Origin: an uncultured bacterium
GTDB lineage: Bacteria > Zhuqueibacterota > QNDG01 > DTFT01
Assembly (NCBI GenBank): GCA_963736115.1
Contig: CAVTNR010000022.1
Span: 64,001 to 128,000 of the forward strand
Length of the DNA stretch: 64,000 nucleotides
Direction of reading: 5' to 3'
Shown: piece by piece, positions 38,098 to 47,692 of the stretch
Position numbering within the stretch: the first letter of the stretch is position 1
How the letters are laid out: every line of letters starts with the position of its first letter
The notes under the pieces: generated by a model
Databases searched by the model: none
Seen by the model: only the letters and a program-made list of their open reading frames with translations
Told to the model about the DNA's origin: nothing
Made by a program: the position numbers and the translations under genes

Positions 38098-40935
38098 ATG
38101 ACCCGTATTCAATCCGGAATTCTGCTGTTGGCTGTCCTCTCCGGTTTTATCGCAACCGGAGCGAGTGCGTTCGAAAAAACGGATGACGGCATTCTGTTCC
38201 GTTTCGACGGCGCCGCGGACGGAGGCACGCGCCTTCTCCGCGTGACGGTCTGTTCGGACTCCATCATCCGCGTGACGGCCACTCCGGACCGGTTTTTCTC
38301 CGTCCGGTCGAGCCTCATGGTGCAAAACCCCCGCGTCCGGTCCGCTTTCTGGTCCGTGAAGGAGGAAGGAAAAATCGTCACGCTATCGACAGCGTCCCTC
38401 AAGGTGCGCGTCGATCCGGCCTCCGCGTCGGTTTCCTTTTTCGACAAGTCCGGCCGTCCGGTGCTCGCCGAGCGGTCCGGGGGCAGGTCGTTTACGCAGG
38501 TTGAGGCCCTGGGCGAACCGGTGTGGAAAATCCGCCAGATCTTCGATTCGCCTGCGAACGAAGCGCTGTACGGGCTGGGCCAGCATCAGAACGGAATCAT
38601 GAACTGGAAGAACCGGGACGCGGACCTCTGGCAGTACAACATCGTCGCGGCCGTCCCGTTTCTTGTCTCGAACCGGTTGTACGGCCTGCTCTGGGACAAC
38701 AATTCGCGTACGAAATTCGGGGACCCGCGCGAATACGGCCCGCTCTCGTCCCTCGTCCTGCACGGAAAGGACGGAAGCCGCGGCGGCCTGACGGCCGAGT
38801 ATTTCTCGAACCCGGATTTCACATCGCCCGTTCTCAACCGGAGCGAATCCGTTATCGACCACAAATACCTGGACGCGTACGGAGACTGGCCGGAAGGCGT
38901 GACGCCCGGGCGCGGCAGCATCCGGTGGAGCGGATTCGTGGAATCCGGCGTCACGGGCGGCCACAAGTTCCGGCTGTACGCCTCGACCTATTTCAAGCTG
39001 TGGCTGGACGGGGAACTCATCGCGGACGGGTGGCGCCAGAACTGGCTGCCCTGGACCCGTTTCGCGACTTTGAATATGGAAGCCGGCCGGCGCTACGCGG
39101 TCAAGCTCGAATGGGTGCCCGACGGCGGATTCGCGGGTCTGGAAGTGCTGGGCCCGGAACCGGCTGACCTGAAGAACGCGGTCTCCCTGCAGTCCGACGC
39201 CGGGGACCAGACGGATTATTATTTCATCTACGGAAATCCGGACGAAGCCGTGAAGGGATACCGGGCCCTGACGGGAAAGGCGCCGATGATGCCGCGTTGG
39301 GCCATGGGCCTCTGGCAGTGCCGCGAGCGCTACCGTTCCGCGGACGAGCTGACGGGCACGGTGAAGGAGTTCCGCGATCGCCGCATCCCGCTCGACGCCA
39401 TCGTCCAGGACTGGTTCTACTGGCGGGAGGACGACTGGGGCAGCCACGAATTCGATGCCTCGCGTTTTCCGGACCCGGAGGCCATGGTCCGCAGACTGCA
39501 CGACGAGCTCAAGGCGCATGTCATGATTTCCGTGTGGCCGAAGTTCTACACATCCACGGAGCATTACCGGGAGTTCGAGGAGAACGGCTGGCTGTACCGG
39601 AGGAACGCGGAACTGGGTCAGAAGGACTGGGTCGGACCCGGCTATGTCTCTACCTTCTTCGATCCCTATTCCAAGGGCGCCCGCGACCTCTATTGGAAGC
39701 AGATCGACGAACACCTGTTCCGCAAGGGATTCGACGCCTGGTGGCTCGACGCGACCGAACCGGACGTCAATTCGAACCTGTCGCCGAAGGAGCGTCTGCT
39801 GCGCATGCACCCCACGGCTTTCGGGTCCGCGGCGCGCTTCGAGAACACGTTCTCCCTGCAGGAGACACGGGCCGTGTACGAGGGCCAGCGCAGGTCAGAC
39901 CCGGACAAGCGCGTGTTTATCCTCACACGTTCCGCTTTCGCGGGACAGCAGCGGTACGCCGCATCCCTGTGGAGCGGAGACGTGGCGGCCCGCTGGACCG
40001 ACTTGAAAAACCAGATCCCGGCGGGCTTGAATCTCTGCCTGTCCGGCATTCCGTTCTGGACCACGGACATCGGCGGATTCGCCGTGGAGCCGCGCTTCGA
40101 GCGGGCGAAGGGCGAGGATCTCGAGGAATTCCGCGAGCTGACGACGCGCTGGTTCCAGTTCGGGGCCTTCTGCCCGCTGTTCCGCGTGCACGGCCAGTAC
40201 CCGTACCGCGAGATGTTCCACGTCGCGCCGCCGGATCATCCGGCCTTCCGCTCCATGCTGGCCTATGATGAACTGCGGTACAGGCTCATGCCTTACATTT
40301 ATTCCCTGAACGCAGGCGCGCATTTCGAGGACGGCACCCTCATGCGGGCCCTGGTCATGGATTTCGGGAACGATCCGGCCGTGCTGAATGTCGGCGACCA
40401 GTTCATGTTCGGCCCGAGCCTGCTGGTGAATCCCGTGACCGAGCGCGGAGCGAACAAGCGCAGCGTGATTCTGCCGGCCGGATGCGGATGGATCGACATG
40501 GCGACCGGCATGTGGCACAGGGGCGGAAGGACCGTGGAGGCGGACGCGCCCTATGAGCGGATTCCCGTTTTCGTTCGCGAAGGCGCGATCATACCCACGG
40601 GACCGGCCCTGCAGTATACGGATGAGAAGCCGGCCGATCCGGTGCGCCTGCATGTGTATGACGGAAAGGACGGCCGGTTCACCCTGTACGAGGACGCCGG
40701 ATCGAACAACGGGTACGAGCGCGGCGAATGCGCGACCATCGAACTGTCCTACAGGGCAGGATCAAAGGAATTGACCATCGGCTCCAGACAAGGATCCTTT
40801 CCCGGCATGCTCCGGGAGCGCACGTTCGAGATTGTGCGCATATCGAAGGACAGGCCAAGGCCGCTGGAATTCGAATCCAAACCGGACCGTATCGTGAAGT
40901 ACGACGGCCGAAAGGTGAAAGTGAAAATCGGCTGA
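38098..40935 (+). CDS. GH31 alpha-xylosidase with PA14 insertion
   Basis: YGLGQHQ, PA14-like GLTAEYF...IRWSG, IVQDWFYW, WWLDATEP (nucleophile), WSGDV, DIGGF, WFQFGAF; start reassigned to MTRIQ. Confidence 0.9.
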   Translation: MTRIQSGILLLAVLSGFIATGASAFEKTDDGILFRFDGAADGGTRLLRVTVCSDSIIRVTATPDRFFSVRSSLMVQNPRVRSAFWSVKEEGKIVTLSTASLKVRVDPASASVSFFDKSGRPVLAERSGGRSFTQVEALGEPVWKIRQIFDSPANEALYGLGQHQNGIMNWKNRDADLWQYNIVAAVPFLVSNRLYGLLWDNNSRTKFGDPREYGPLSSLVLHGKDGSRGGLTAEYFSNPDFTSPVLNRSESVIDHKYLDAYGDWPEGVTPGRGSIRWSGFVESGVTGGHKFRLYASTYFKLWLDGELIADGWRQNWLPWTRFATLNMEAGRRYAVKLEWVPDGGFAGLEVLGPEPADLKNAVSLQSDAGDQTDYYFIYGNPDEAVKGYRALTGKAPMMPRWAMGLWQCRERYRSADELTGTVKEFRDRRIPLDAIVQDWFYWREDDWGSHEFDASRFPDPEAMVRRLHDELKAHVMISVWPKFYTSTEHYREFEENGWLYRRNAELGQKDWVGPGYVSTFFDPYSKGARDLYWKQIDEHLFRKGFDAWWLDATEPDVNSNLSPKERLLRMHPTAFGSAARFENTFSLQETRAVYEGQRRSDPDKRVFILTRSAFAGQQRYAASLWSGDVAARWTDLKNQIPAGLNLCLSGIPFWTTDIGGFAVEPRFERAKGEDLEEFRELTTRWFQFGAFCPLFRVHGQYPYREMFHVAPPDHPAFRSMLAYDELRYRLMPYIYSLNAGAHFEDGTLMRALVMDFGNDPAVLNVGDQFMFGPSLLVNPVTERGANKRSVILPAGCGWIDMATGMWHRGGRTVEADAPYERIPVFVREGAIIPTGPALQYTDEKPADPVRLHVYDGKDGRFTLYEDAGSNNGYERGECATIELSYRAGSKELTIGSRQGSFPGMLRERTFEIVRISKDRPRPLEFESKPDRIVKYDGRKVKVKIG

Positions 40936-41023
40936 CAGCGGTTTCTGTTTCAGCGGTCCGGCCGGGTGCGGCTATATATAAGAAATAAGGGAAGAGAGCG
41001 CAGTCGAGCCTGGGAGGGAAATG

Positions 41024-41066
41024 GAAAAGGCGAATCCAGGCCTATTGGGTCGGGACTCGCCTTTTT
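41024..41066. terminator. Probable terminator after GH31
   Basis: gaaaaggcga...tcgcctttttc stem. Confidence 0.5.
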
Positions 41067-41381
41067 CATGCGGCTGAAAATCAGCCGGTAAAGCGGGTTT
41101 ATCATTCAAAATAAACATGCAAAATGCAGTCTTGCCCGGATGTCCTTTGTGTTAATTTAGGCTCGATTTTAATGGTATTAAGTTAAAATAAATATATTAC
41201 TTAAGCCGGTCTTGAGATGCCGGAATGGTATCCTAAAGTGGCGTGATTTATGCAGTAAACATGAAGGATGTATCCGGAGCCGGATACGATGGGAGGGTAC
41301 GGCTGGATAATCCATCATCATGTCTCGTAAACACTATCAGATGAAGGCGTTTACGATGATTACGGCTATCAGGAGGAGTTC

Positions 41382-41753
41382 ATGAAAGACATGGTCATGG
41401 TTGTGGACGATGATCCTCTCGTTCAGATGACGGTCCGGCGCGTTCTGGAGGGAGCAGGCCTCAAGGTCACCTCCGCTGTCAACGGAGCGGATTGCGTCCG
41501 TATGGTGGAGGAGGGTTTCGAGGGGCTGATTCTCATGGACATCATGATGCCGGGCATGGACGGGTGGGACACAATTCAGTCGCTGGTGGACAAGGGGCTG
41601 GTGAAAGGCAATATCATCTGCATGCTGACCGGAAAGGAACAGCCGGACGACCGGATGAAGATGCTCAAGGAATTCATACTGGACTACATCCGCAAGCCTT
41701 TTGACCAGGAGAAATTCGTCCGGACCGTGAAGGCGTACCTTTCATTTTTATAA
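41382..41753 (+). CDS. Single-domain response regulator (CheY-like)
   Basis: VVDDD, ILMDIMMPGMDG, MLTG, YIRKPF. Confidence 0.9.
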   Translation: MKDMVMVVDDDPLVQMTVRRVLEGAGLKVTSAVNGADCVRMVEEGFEGLILMDIMMPGMDGWDTIQSLVDKGLVKGNIICMLTGKEQPDDRMKMLKEFILDYIRKPFDQEKFVRTVKAYLSFL

Positions 41754-41777
41754 ATCGAGTCGGAATCGGGAGATTTC

Positions 41778-42344
41778 ATGGAGAAGCGCAACCTGGCCGT
41801 GATCGGCTCATCGGGCGCTGGCCTTCCCATCATCACTTCGATATTTCACGGCATGCCCCGGCTGAAGGGGCCCGTGGTGCTTGTTCAGCATATGCCGGCC
41901 TATATCAACAAGTCCGTCCGGGACAACCTGGCGGGCCGCACGGAAATGACCGTCAAGATCGCCGACCCCGACGATCCCCTGCTGCCGGGATTCCTCTACC
42001 TGGCGCCGAGCGAACTGCACCTGTCTTTTTCCAAGAACGAGCGCATCCGCCTCACGGGCGGAGCGAAGGTCAATTATGTCTGCCCGTCGATCGACGTGGC
42101 GATGAAATCCCTGACCGAAACGCCTCCGGTGTACCCGCTGGGCATTCTGCTTTCGGGCGTGGGCGACGACGGCATCGAGGGCATCCGGCACGTCAAGCGG
42201 ATCGGCGGAGTGACCGTGGCCCTGAAGAAAGGCGCCACAACCATTACCGGGATGGCGGAGGACGCCGCGGCCACCGGCGACGTTGATTTCACCATGGATC
42301 CCGAGTCCATCCGCAACCTGCTCATCGCGCAACTGGGCGCCTGA
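41778..42344 (+). CDS. cheB: Stand-alone CheB methylesterase domain
   Basis: IGSSGAG (Ser), VQHMP (His), PSID, LSGVGDDG (Asp). Confidence 0.8.
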   Translation: MEKRNLAVIGSSGAGLPIITSIFHGMPRLKGPVVLVQHMPAYINKSVRDNLAGRTEMTVKIADPDDPLLPGFLYLAPSELHLSFSKNERIRLTGGAKVNYVCPSIDVAMKSLTETPPVYPLGILLSGVGDDGIEGIRHVKRIGGVTVALKKGATTITGMAEDAAATGDVDFTMDPESIRNLLIAQLGA

Positions 42345-42390
42345 TCCGCGGCGTTCGGGCCGCGTTCCTTCAATCGGGAGAGCCCCCCTC

Positions 42391-42921
42391 TTGCATCTAC
42401 GTCACTTGCTCTGCGCCGTTGCCGTGTTTCTCGCCGTTTCGGCGGGATGCGGCCGCGAACCGCTTCAGGTCTGGCCCCTGCAGTCCCCGGCCGGTCGGCT
42501 CACGGTTTTCGTTGAGCAGTCCGCGGATTCGCGGGCCCTGTCGTTCCGGATCATTGAGAGCCGGGACGGAGCGGAAATTGTCCGTCGTTCCGGCCTCAGG
42601 ATCCCAGCGGAATTCGGTGATTCCCTTGAATTCATATCGCAGACTCCTGTGCGGGAAATCGACACCACAATCGTCCTTGCCGCGGGCGGGGCCTTCGGCC
42701 TGACCGCTTTTCAAACGACGCTGACGTTCGAGAATCCCTCGGGATCGCGCATTGGCCTCGACTGGCTCGCGGCGGACGACGGCATCGCGTTCCGCCGCAG
42801 TCCGACGGATGCCGGCGCGGCCGTCCCGCGCGTTGCCGCATGGCAAGTGATGACCCCGGCGGACGCGGCTTCCGATCCGTTGTCGGGCGCCGGTTTCGCT
42901 GAGGCGGTCGGGGCGCTCTGA
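42391..42921 (+). CDS. Putative lipoprotein resembling the GH97 N-terminal domain only
   Basis: TTG start after GGGAG; lipobox VSAGC; LQSPAGRLTV and DDGIAFR resemble the GH97_N fold. Confidence 0.45.
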   Translation: MHLRHLLCAVAVFLAVSAGCGREPLQVWPLQSPAGRLTVFVEQSADSRALSFRIIESRDGAEIVRRSGLRIPAEFGDSLEFISQTPVREIDTTIVLAAGGAFGLTAFQTTLTFENPSGSRIGLDWLAADDGIAFRRSPTDAGAAVPRVAAWQVMTPADAASDPLSGAGFAEAVGAL

Positions 42922-42990
42922 TGTCCGTCCGTCAAAAATGATCTCCAGCGCGCGTTGAAGAAACGTCGCGCATCGCATCCTGAAAACGGA

Positions 42991-43029
42991 AAGACCCCGG
43001 AGTTCGGCGAACCACGGGGTCTTCTTTTA
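42991..43029. terminator. Bidirectional terminator
   Basis: aagaccccg...cggggtctt stem with T-tail between convergent genes. Confidence 0.55.
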
Positions 43030-43058
43030 TGTGTGCCGGCGATCCCCGGCCCGGGCGT

Positions 43059-45164
43059 TCAGCGCAATATCGTCATCTTCACGGTTTTTACGAAATGCCC
43101 TGCCTTCATGCGGCAGAGGAACACGCCGGAACCCGCTTTTCTCCCTTCATCATCCTTCCCGTCCCACACGATCGTGTACTCGCCCGGTTGAACCGTACGA
43201 TCGACCAGAGTCCGCACCCGGCTGCCCGACATCGCCACGATCTCGATCGTCACGCGTTCGGGTTTTGGAACCGAGTAGACAACGGTCGTACCCGGATTGA
43301 ACGGATTGGGAAAATTCCGCGACAGGTCGAACCTCATGGGAACGGCCGGATGATCCGGCACGTCCTGCAGCGAACCCACCCGGAATCCGCCTTCCGGTGT
43401 CGCCCAGCGGACATTCCCCGCCAGATCCACGGCCTTCGCCGTCCATCTGTAGGAGCCGGTTTCGAGGAAAGTCCCGGACCAGGTCGTGTCCGGCGTCGTT
43501 CCGACGGAATCCGGATCTCCGGTTTCCGGGCCCATGACCAGGACGTATCGTATGCTGTCGGAATTAATCGCGTCCGCATTCGCGGAGGATGACCAGCGGA
43601 AAACGGGGATCATCATATCCGGAACGACGGTTCCGTCCCCGGGCTCCAGAAGGGAGAAGGGGCCGGGCGGATCGTTGACGGGCAAGACGGTGACGCGGAC
43701 CGTGTCCGAATCGGAGGAGCCGAGCGGGTCGGTGACGGTAAGCACGATCCAGGCCTCCCCGTTCCAGTCCGGATCGGCCCAAACACCCAGGCCCCAGGAC
43801 GTCATGTCCGCATACAGATGCGGGGACCATTCGCCGATGCCCACTGTCAGAGACAGTGCCGGATCCACGGGGTCCGAGATCCATCCTTCGATCAGGGATG
43901 CGAAGAGAAAGAGCGTGTCGTCCTCGGCGAAGGACGTGTCCGGAACGGCGAGAATAGGCGGATGCAAGTCCGGTTGGAAATGGGCAATGAGGCTTTTGGA
44001 TGTGTCCATGACAAGGGATACGGTATCGGATGTTCCGAAATGGGCTCCGTTCCATTCCGTGAACCGGAATCCCTGTTTCGGAATTGCCCGCAGGAAGACC
44101 GTGGAGTCCTCGGGTTGCCAGTTCCCGGGCGGATCGATGATTACGGCGCCCATGGCGGTGTCCGCGACCTGCACGGTCAGGGGAACCATCCTGTCCCACA
44201 GGGCCGTTTCGGAGATGCCGCCTTGCAGTGTGACCGTCGCGGGATTGAGCCCGCCCGTGTAATGTCCGAGGCCGGTGCCCTGCCACCAGCGGAAGCGGAA
44301 CAGGACGCTGTCCGCCAGGACCGTATCCGGAACCAATCCGGTCGTGTCAATGAGTGTCGTGTACTCGATGACCGGGCTTTCCACGCCGAACGGCACGGCG
44401 CTCCCGATTTCATACCAGCCCGCTCCCCAGGGCCGGCCGTGGTCAGAGAGCGGGTCGAAACGGTATTTCAGGACGTAAAAGGCCGTGAGCGTCTCCTTCG
44501 GCACGCCATACGGCACTGTATAGTTCTGTTCCCGGCTGCCGCCCTGACTCCAGTGGTCGAAGAAATACGTGCCTCCGAGCGGGCCCGGCTCTTCCGCCTG
44601 GACCGACATGGGATGGGTTTCCCCTTCGGCCCATGCATAATACTGGGGAGAGAGCCTGTGGCAGAGGTCCATATACAGCCTGAACGGCGCGGGCGAAGTC
44701 TGGACCAGGCGGTAATACGCGGATTCTATATCCACCACGATGCCCGTGACGGTTTCCGGCGCATTGACGTGGATCCAGTCCGCGTGGGTCGTGTCCGGCG
44801 CATTGTTATAGCACTCGGCGATGTATGGATCGTGGCAGGGCTGGACAGACGAGGCGGCGCTGCAAAGGCAGTCCTCGAACCAGACGCTCGCGGCGAGCTT
44901 GTAATCGCCCGTTGGCAGGTTGGGGATGACGAAGGGGACGCCCAGACTGATTTCCCACATGGCCTGGAAAACGTGGTTGCCGGACCGGTCGAACAGGACC
45001 ACATTGGGATGGATCATGGCGTGGTAGGCCATTTTCAGGCTGTTCACCGTCACCTGGATGGCGCCGACGGGTTCGTCGGGCTTTGAGAGCGGGTTCTGTC
45101 CGGAGACCGAAGCGGCTAAAAACAGAGCCGCCGCGGCGGACCGAATCCTTAATCTTGGTTGCAT
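43059..45164 (-). CDS. Secreted Ig-like/B-repeat surface protein with FlgD-Ig/T9SS-type C-terminal domain
   Basis: Signal peptide; YFFDHWS, FRFRWWQG, GFRFTEWNG (InlB B-repeat-like); VTVLPVNDPP; NFPNPFNP...WDGKDDEG. Confidence 0.7.
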   Translation of the reverse strand: MQPRLRIRSAAAALFLAASVSGQNPLSKPDEPVGAIQVTVNSLKMAYHAMIHPNVVLFDRSGNHVFQAMWEISLGVPFVIPNLPTGDYKLAASVWFEDCLCSAASSVQPCHDPYIAECYNNAPDTTHADWIHVNAPETVTGIVVDIESAYYRLVQTSPAPFRLYMDLCHRLSPQYYAWAEGETHPMSVQAEEPGPLGGTYFFDHWSQGGSREQNYTVPYGVPKETLTAFYVLKYRFDPLSDHGRPWGAGWYEIGSAVPFGVESPVIEYTTLIDTTGLVPDTVLADSVLFRFRWWQGTGLGHYTGGLNPATVTLQGGISETALWDRMVPLTVQVADTAMGAVIIDPPGNWQPEDSTVFLRAIPKQGFRFTEWNGAHFGTSDTVSLVMDTSKSLIAHFQPDLHPPILAVPDTSFAEDDTLFLFASLIEGWISDPVDPALSLTVGIGEWSPHLYADMTSWGLGVWADPDWNGEAWIVLTVTDPLGSSDSDTVRVTVLPVNDPPGPFSLLEPGDGTVVPDMMIPVFRWSSSANADAINSDSIRYVLVMGPETGDPDSVGTTPDTTWSGTFLETGSYRWTAKAVDLAGNVRWATPEGGFRVGSLQDVPDHPAVPMRFDLSRNFPNPFNPGTTVVYSVPKPERVTIEIVAMSGSRVRTLVDRTVQPGEYTIVWDGKDDEGRKAGSGVFLCRMKAGHFVKTVKMTILR

Positions 45165-45367
45165 GGGGGCCTCCATGGATCGCGGCTTCGAATGGCGGAT
45201 AACTATAAATCCGAAGGATTCGTCCGGAGTGGAGAAGGCATCGTTGGGGAAGGAACGGTTCAGAAGGCGGAATTCGGGACGAATCCCTGCAGAAGGAATA
45301 TAACAATATACAGGGACTGTCGTTTAAAGTAAAGCGGTATTTGAAAGACTTCGGGGTATTTCTATTC

Positions 45368-46816
45368 TCAGCGACGATTGCGGCCTGCCGCGGATTTCCG
45401 GGTTTTACCTTTTTGGTTTTGAGCCCCGGAGGACGCCGGTTTACGCCGCGGCCCGGAGCGGATCAGCTCCTTTTCCGCCACCCGTTTCACCTCGTCATAT
45501 ACGGCCCGGATCGGCAGCCCGGTCTCCCTCGCCACGCGCCTGCAGTCGTCGTATTCGGGTGCCGCTGTCTCCTCCTTCTCCGACAGGCCGCGTATCTTCA
45601 CTTTCATGTCGCCCCATGGAGTGGACACGGAGGCGATGTCGCGGCGCGCGACCATCCGTTTCTTGAGATCCGAAATGCGGACGCCGAGCGTCGTGGTCTC
45701 GCGCAGCAGAATGGACACGAGCGGTTCCGTCCGCTCCTCTGCCGCGATCACGCTGAGAATGAGCCCGGGCCTGCTTTTTTTCATGATAATGGGTGTGAGA
45801 AAGACGTCCTTCGCGCCCGCGGCGAAAAGGCGGTCCATGATGTGGTCGTAGAACTGGGGGTTCATGTCGTCGATGTTGGTCTCGATGAGCCGTATCCGGT
45901 CCTCCGTCTTCTTCGCGGCTGTATCGCCGATCACCACCCGGAGCAGGTTGGGGATGGCCAGGTCGCGGAAACCCGCGCCGTACCCGGTGCGCTCCACGGT
46001 CATGGCCGGGAACGGGCCGAAGGAGGAAGCCAAAGTGGAGAGTATGGCCGCGCCCGTGGGCGTGACCAGCTCGCCTTCCACGTCCGTCGAATAACACGGC
46101 ACTCCCCGGAGCAGTTCCGTGACAGCGGGCGGCGGGACGGGCAGGCGGCCGTGCGCGCAATCGACGAAGCCGGAGCCGAGATGCAGGCTCGAGGCGCGTA
46201 TCTCCTCGATGCCGAGGGCTTCCAGCCCGATCACGGCGCCGACAATGTCCACGATCGCGTCGACAGCGCCCACCTCGTGGAAGTGGATTTCGTCCACCCC
46301 GCATGCGTGCACTCTGGCCTCTGCCTCGGCCAGGCGGCGGAAAACGGTTTTGCTCTTCTCCTTCACTGTTGTGGACAGGTCGCTTGCGTCGATGATAGCC
46401 GTGACGTCCGATAGCCCGCGGCGGCCTTCGGTGTGCGCATGGCCGTGCCCGTGCGTCCCGGATTCATGCGTATGATGCGGGTCGGGATCAGGGTGTCCGT
46501 GGTCGTGACCATGATCTCCGTGGCCGTGGCTGTGATCGTGTTCATGATTGTGATGGGAATGATCATCGTGATGATCCGGCGGGACTGAGCTGTGCGAGGC
46601 GCATTCCGGTATGCCCCCGTCCAGGAGCGTGACGTCGAATTTAGTAGCGGAAATGCCGGACTTGACGGTTCTGGAAATACGGATTCCGAATTCATGCAGA
46701 TGGAGCTTGTCCAGTTCCCTGCGGAGCCGATCGGGTTTCAGGCCCGCGTCCAGAAGGGCGCCGAGAATCATGTCGCCGCTGGCGCCTGAAAAACAATCAA
46801 AGTAAGCTATCTTCAT
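45368..46816 (-). CDS. larC: Nickel pincer cofactor nickel insertase LarC
   Basis: YFDCFSGASGDMILGALLDAG, His-rich tract, HFHEVGAVDAIVDI, ELVTPTGAA, ETNIDDM, MKKSRPG, ETTTLGVR, PEYDD. Confidence 0.95.
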   Translation of the reverse strand: MKIAYFDCFSGASGDMILGALLDAGLKPDRLRRELDKLHLHEFGIRISRTVKSGISATKFDVTLLDGGIPECASHSSVPPDHHDDHSHHNHEHDHSHGHGDHGHDHGHPDPDPHHTHESGTHGHGHAHTEGRRGLSDVTAIIDASDLSTTVKEKSKTVFRRLAEAEARVHACGVDEIHFHEVGAVDAIVDIVGAVIGLEALGIEEIRASSLHLGSGFVDCAHGRLPVPPPAVTELLRGVPCYSTDVEGELVTPTGAAILSTLASSFGPFPAMTVERTGYGAGFRDLAIPNLLRVVIGDTAAKKTEDRIRLIETNIDDMNPQFYDHIMDRLFAAGAKDVFLTPIIMKKSRPGLILSVIAAEERTEPLVSILLRETTTLGVRISDLKKRMVARRDIASVSTPWGDMKVKIRGLSEKEETAAPEYDDCRRVARETGLPIRAVYDEVKRVAEKELIRSGPRRKPASSGAQNQKGKTRKSAAGRNRR

Positions 46817-46850
46817 TGCCGTTTCCCGATTGTGTTTGTTTCAAAGGGCG

Positions 46851-46936
46851 GTTCATAGGTTCATAGTTCATAGTCCAAGAAGCAACTGGATCATTTTCAC
46901 GTCATCTTTTTCAACTATGAACTATGAACCATGAAC
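46851..46936. repeat. Inverted heptamer hairpin element, copy 4 (overlaps larB 3' end)
   Basis: gttcata x3, gtccaag - 29 nt - tttcaac tatgaac tatgaac catgaac. Confidence 0.8.
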
Positions 46937-47692
46937 TTCTTCATCCCCCAGCCTGTTGATCAACGCCGCCAGATATCCCGCGCCGAATCCGTTGTCGATG
47001 TTCACCACGCCGATGCCCGGAACGCAGCTGGTCAGCATGGTCATGAGGGCGGACAACCCGCCGAGGCTGGCGCCGTACCCGACACTGGTGGGCACGGCGA
47101 TCAGCGGCTTGTCCACCAGGCCGCCGACGACGCTGGGCAGGGCGCCTTCCATGCCCGCGACCACGATCAGCACGTTCGCCTTGAACAAGACTTCCCTGCG
47201 GTCCAGCAGGCGGTGCAGGCCCGCGACGCCCACATCGAAGAGCTTCTCCACCCGGCTTCCCAGGACCTCGGCCGTCAGCGCGGCCTCTTCCGCGACCGGG
47301 ATGTCGGCCGTGCCCGCGGATACGACGACGATCGTGCCCCGGCTCGTCACCGGGGGCTTGCCGCCTACCAGAATGGCGCGGGCCTCCGGGAAATACTGCG
47401 CGTGGTCCGTCACGGCCCGCACGGCATCAAAGGCCTCGGGCCAGGCCCGCATCCCGAGAATCGAACCGCCGTGTTCCGTCATCTTCATGACGATTCCGGC
47501 GATCTGCTCCACGGTCTTGCCCTGGCAGAAAATCACCTCCGGGAATCCCTTGCGCAGCGCCCGGTGCGTGTCGATTTTGGCGTATCCGATGTCGTCGTAC
47601 GGGAAGGACCGGAGACGGTTCATGGCGTCTTCCACCGGAACGCGTCCGTTACGGACGTCTTCCAGCAGATTGCGGATGGGTTCCTTGTTCAT
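46922..47692 (-). CDS. larB: Nickel pincer cofactor biosynthesis protein LarB
   Basis: GFPEVIFCQGKT, SAGTADIPVAEEA, DVGVAGLHRL, AGMEGALPSVVGGL, AVPTSVGYG, VVNIDNGFGA. Confidence 0.95.
   Translation of the reverse strand: MNKEPIRNLLEDVRNGRVPVEDAMNRLRSFPYDDIGYAKIDTHRALRKGFPEVIFCQGKTVEQIAGIVMKMTEHGGSILGMRAWPEAFDAVRAVTDHAQYFPEARAILVGGKPPVTSRGTIVVVSAGTADIPVAEEAALTAEVLGSRVEKLFDVGVAGLHRLLDRREVLFKANVLIVVAGMEGALPSVVGGLVDKPLIAVPTSVGYGASLGGLSALMTMLTSCVPGIGVVNIDNGFGAGYLAALINRLGDEEVHGS

Noticed and set aside
40936-41381. c-di-GMP riboswitch upstream of the CheY/CheB pair
   Set aside because: No GEMM-type GGCAAA/GAAA/GACGCAAA arrangement could be identified.
46430-46580. Low-complexity repeat tract
   Set aside because: It encodes the His-rich nickel-binding region expected in LarC.
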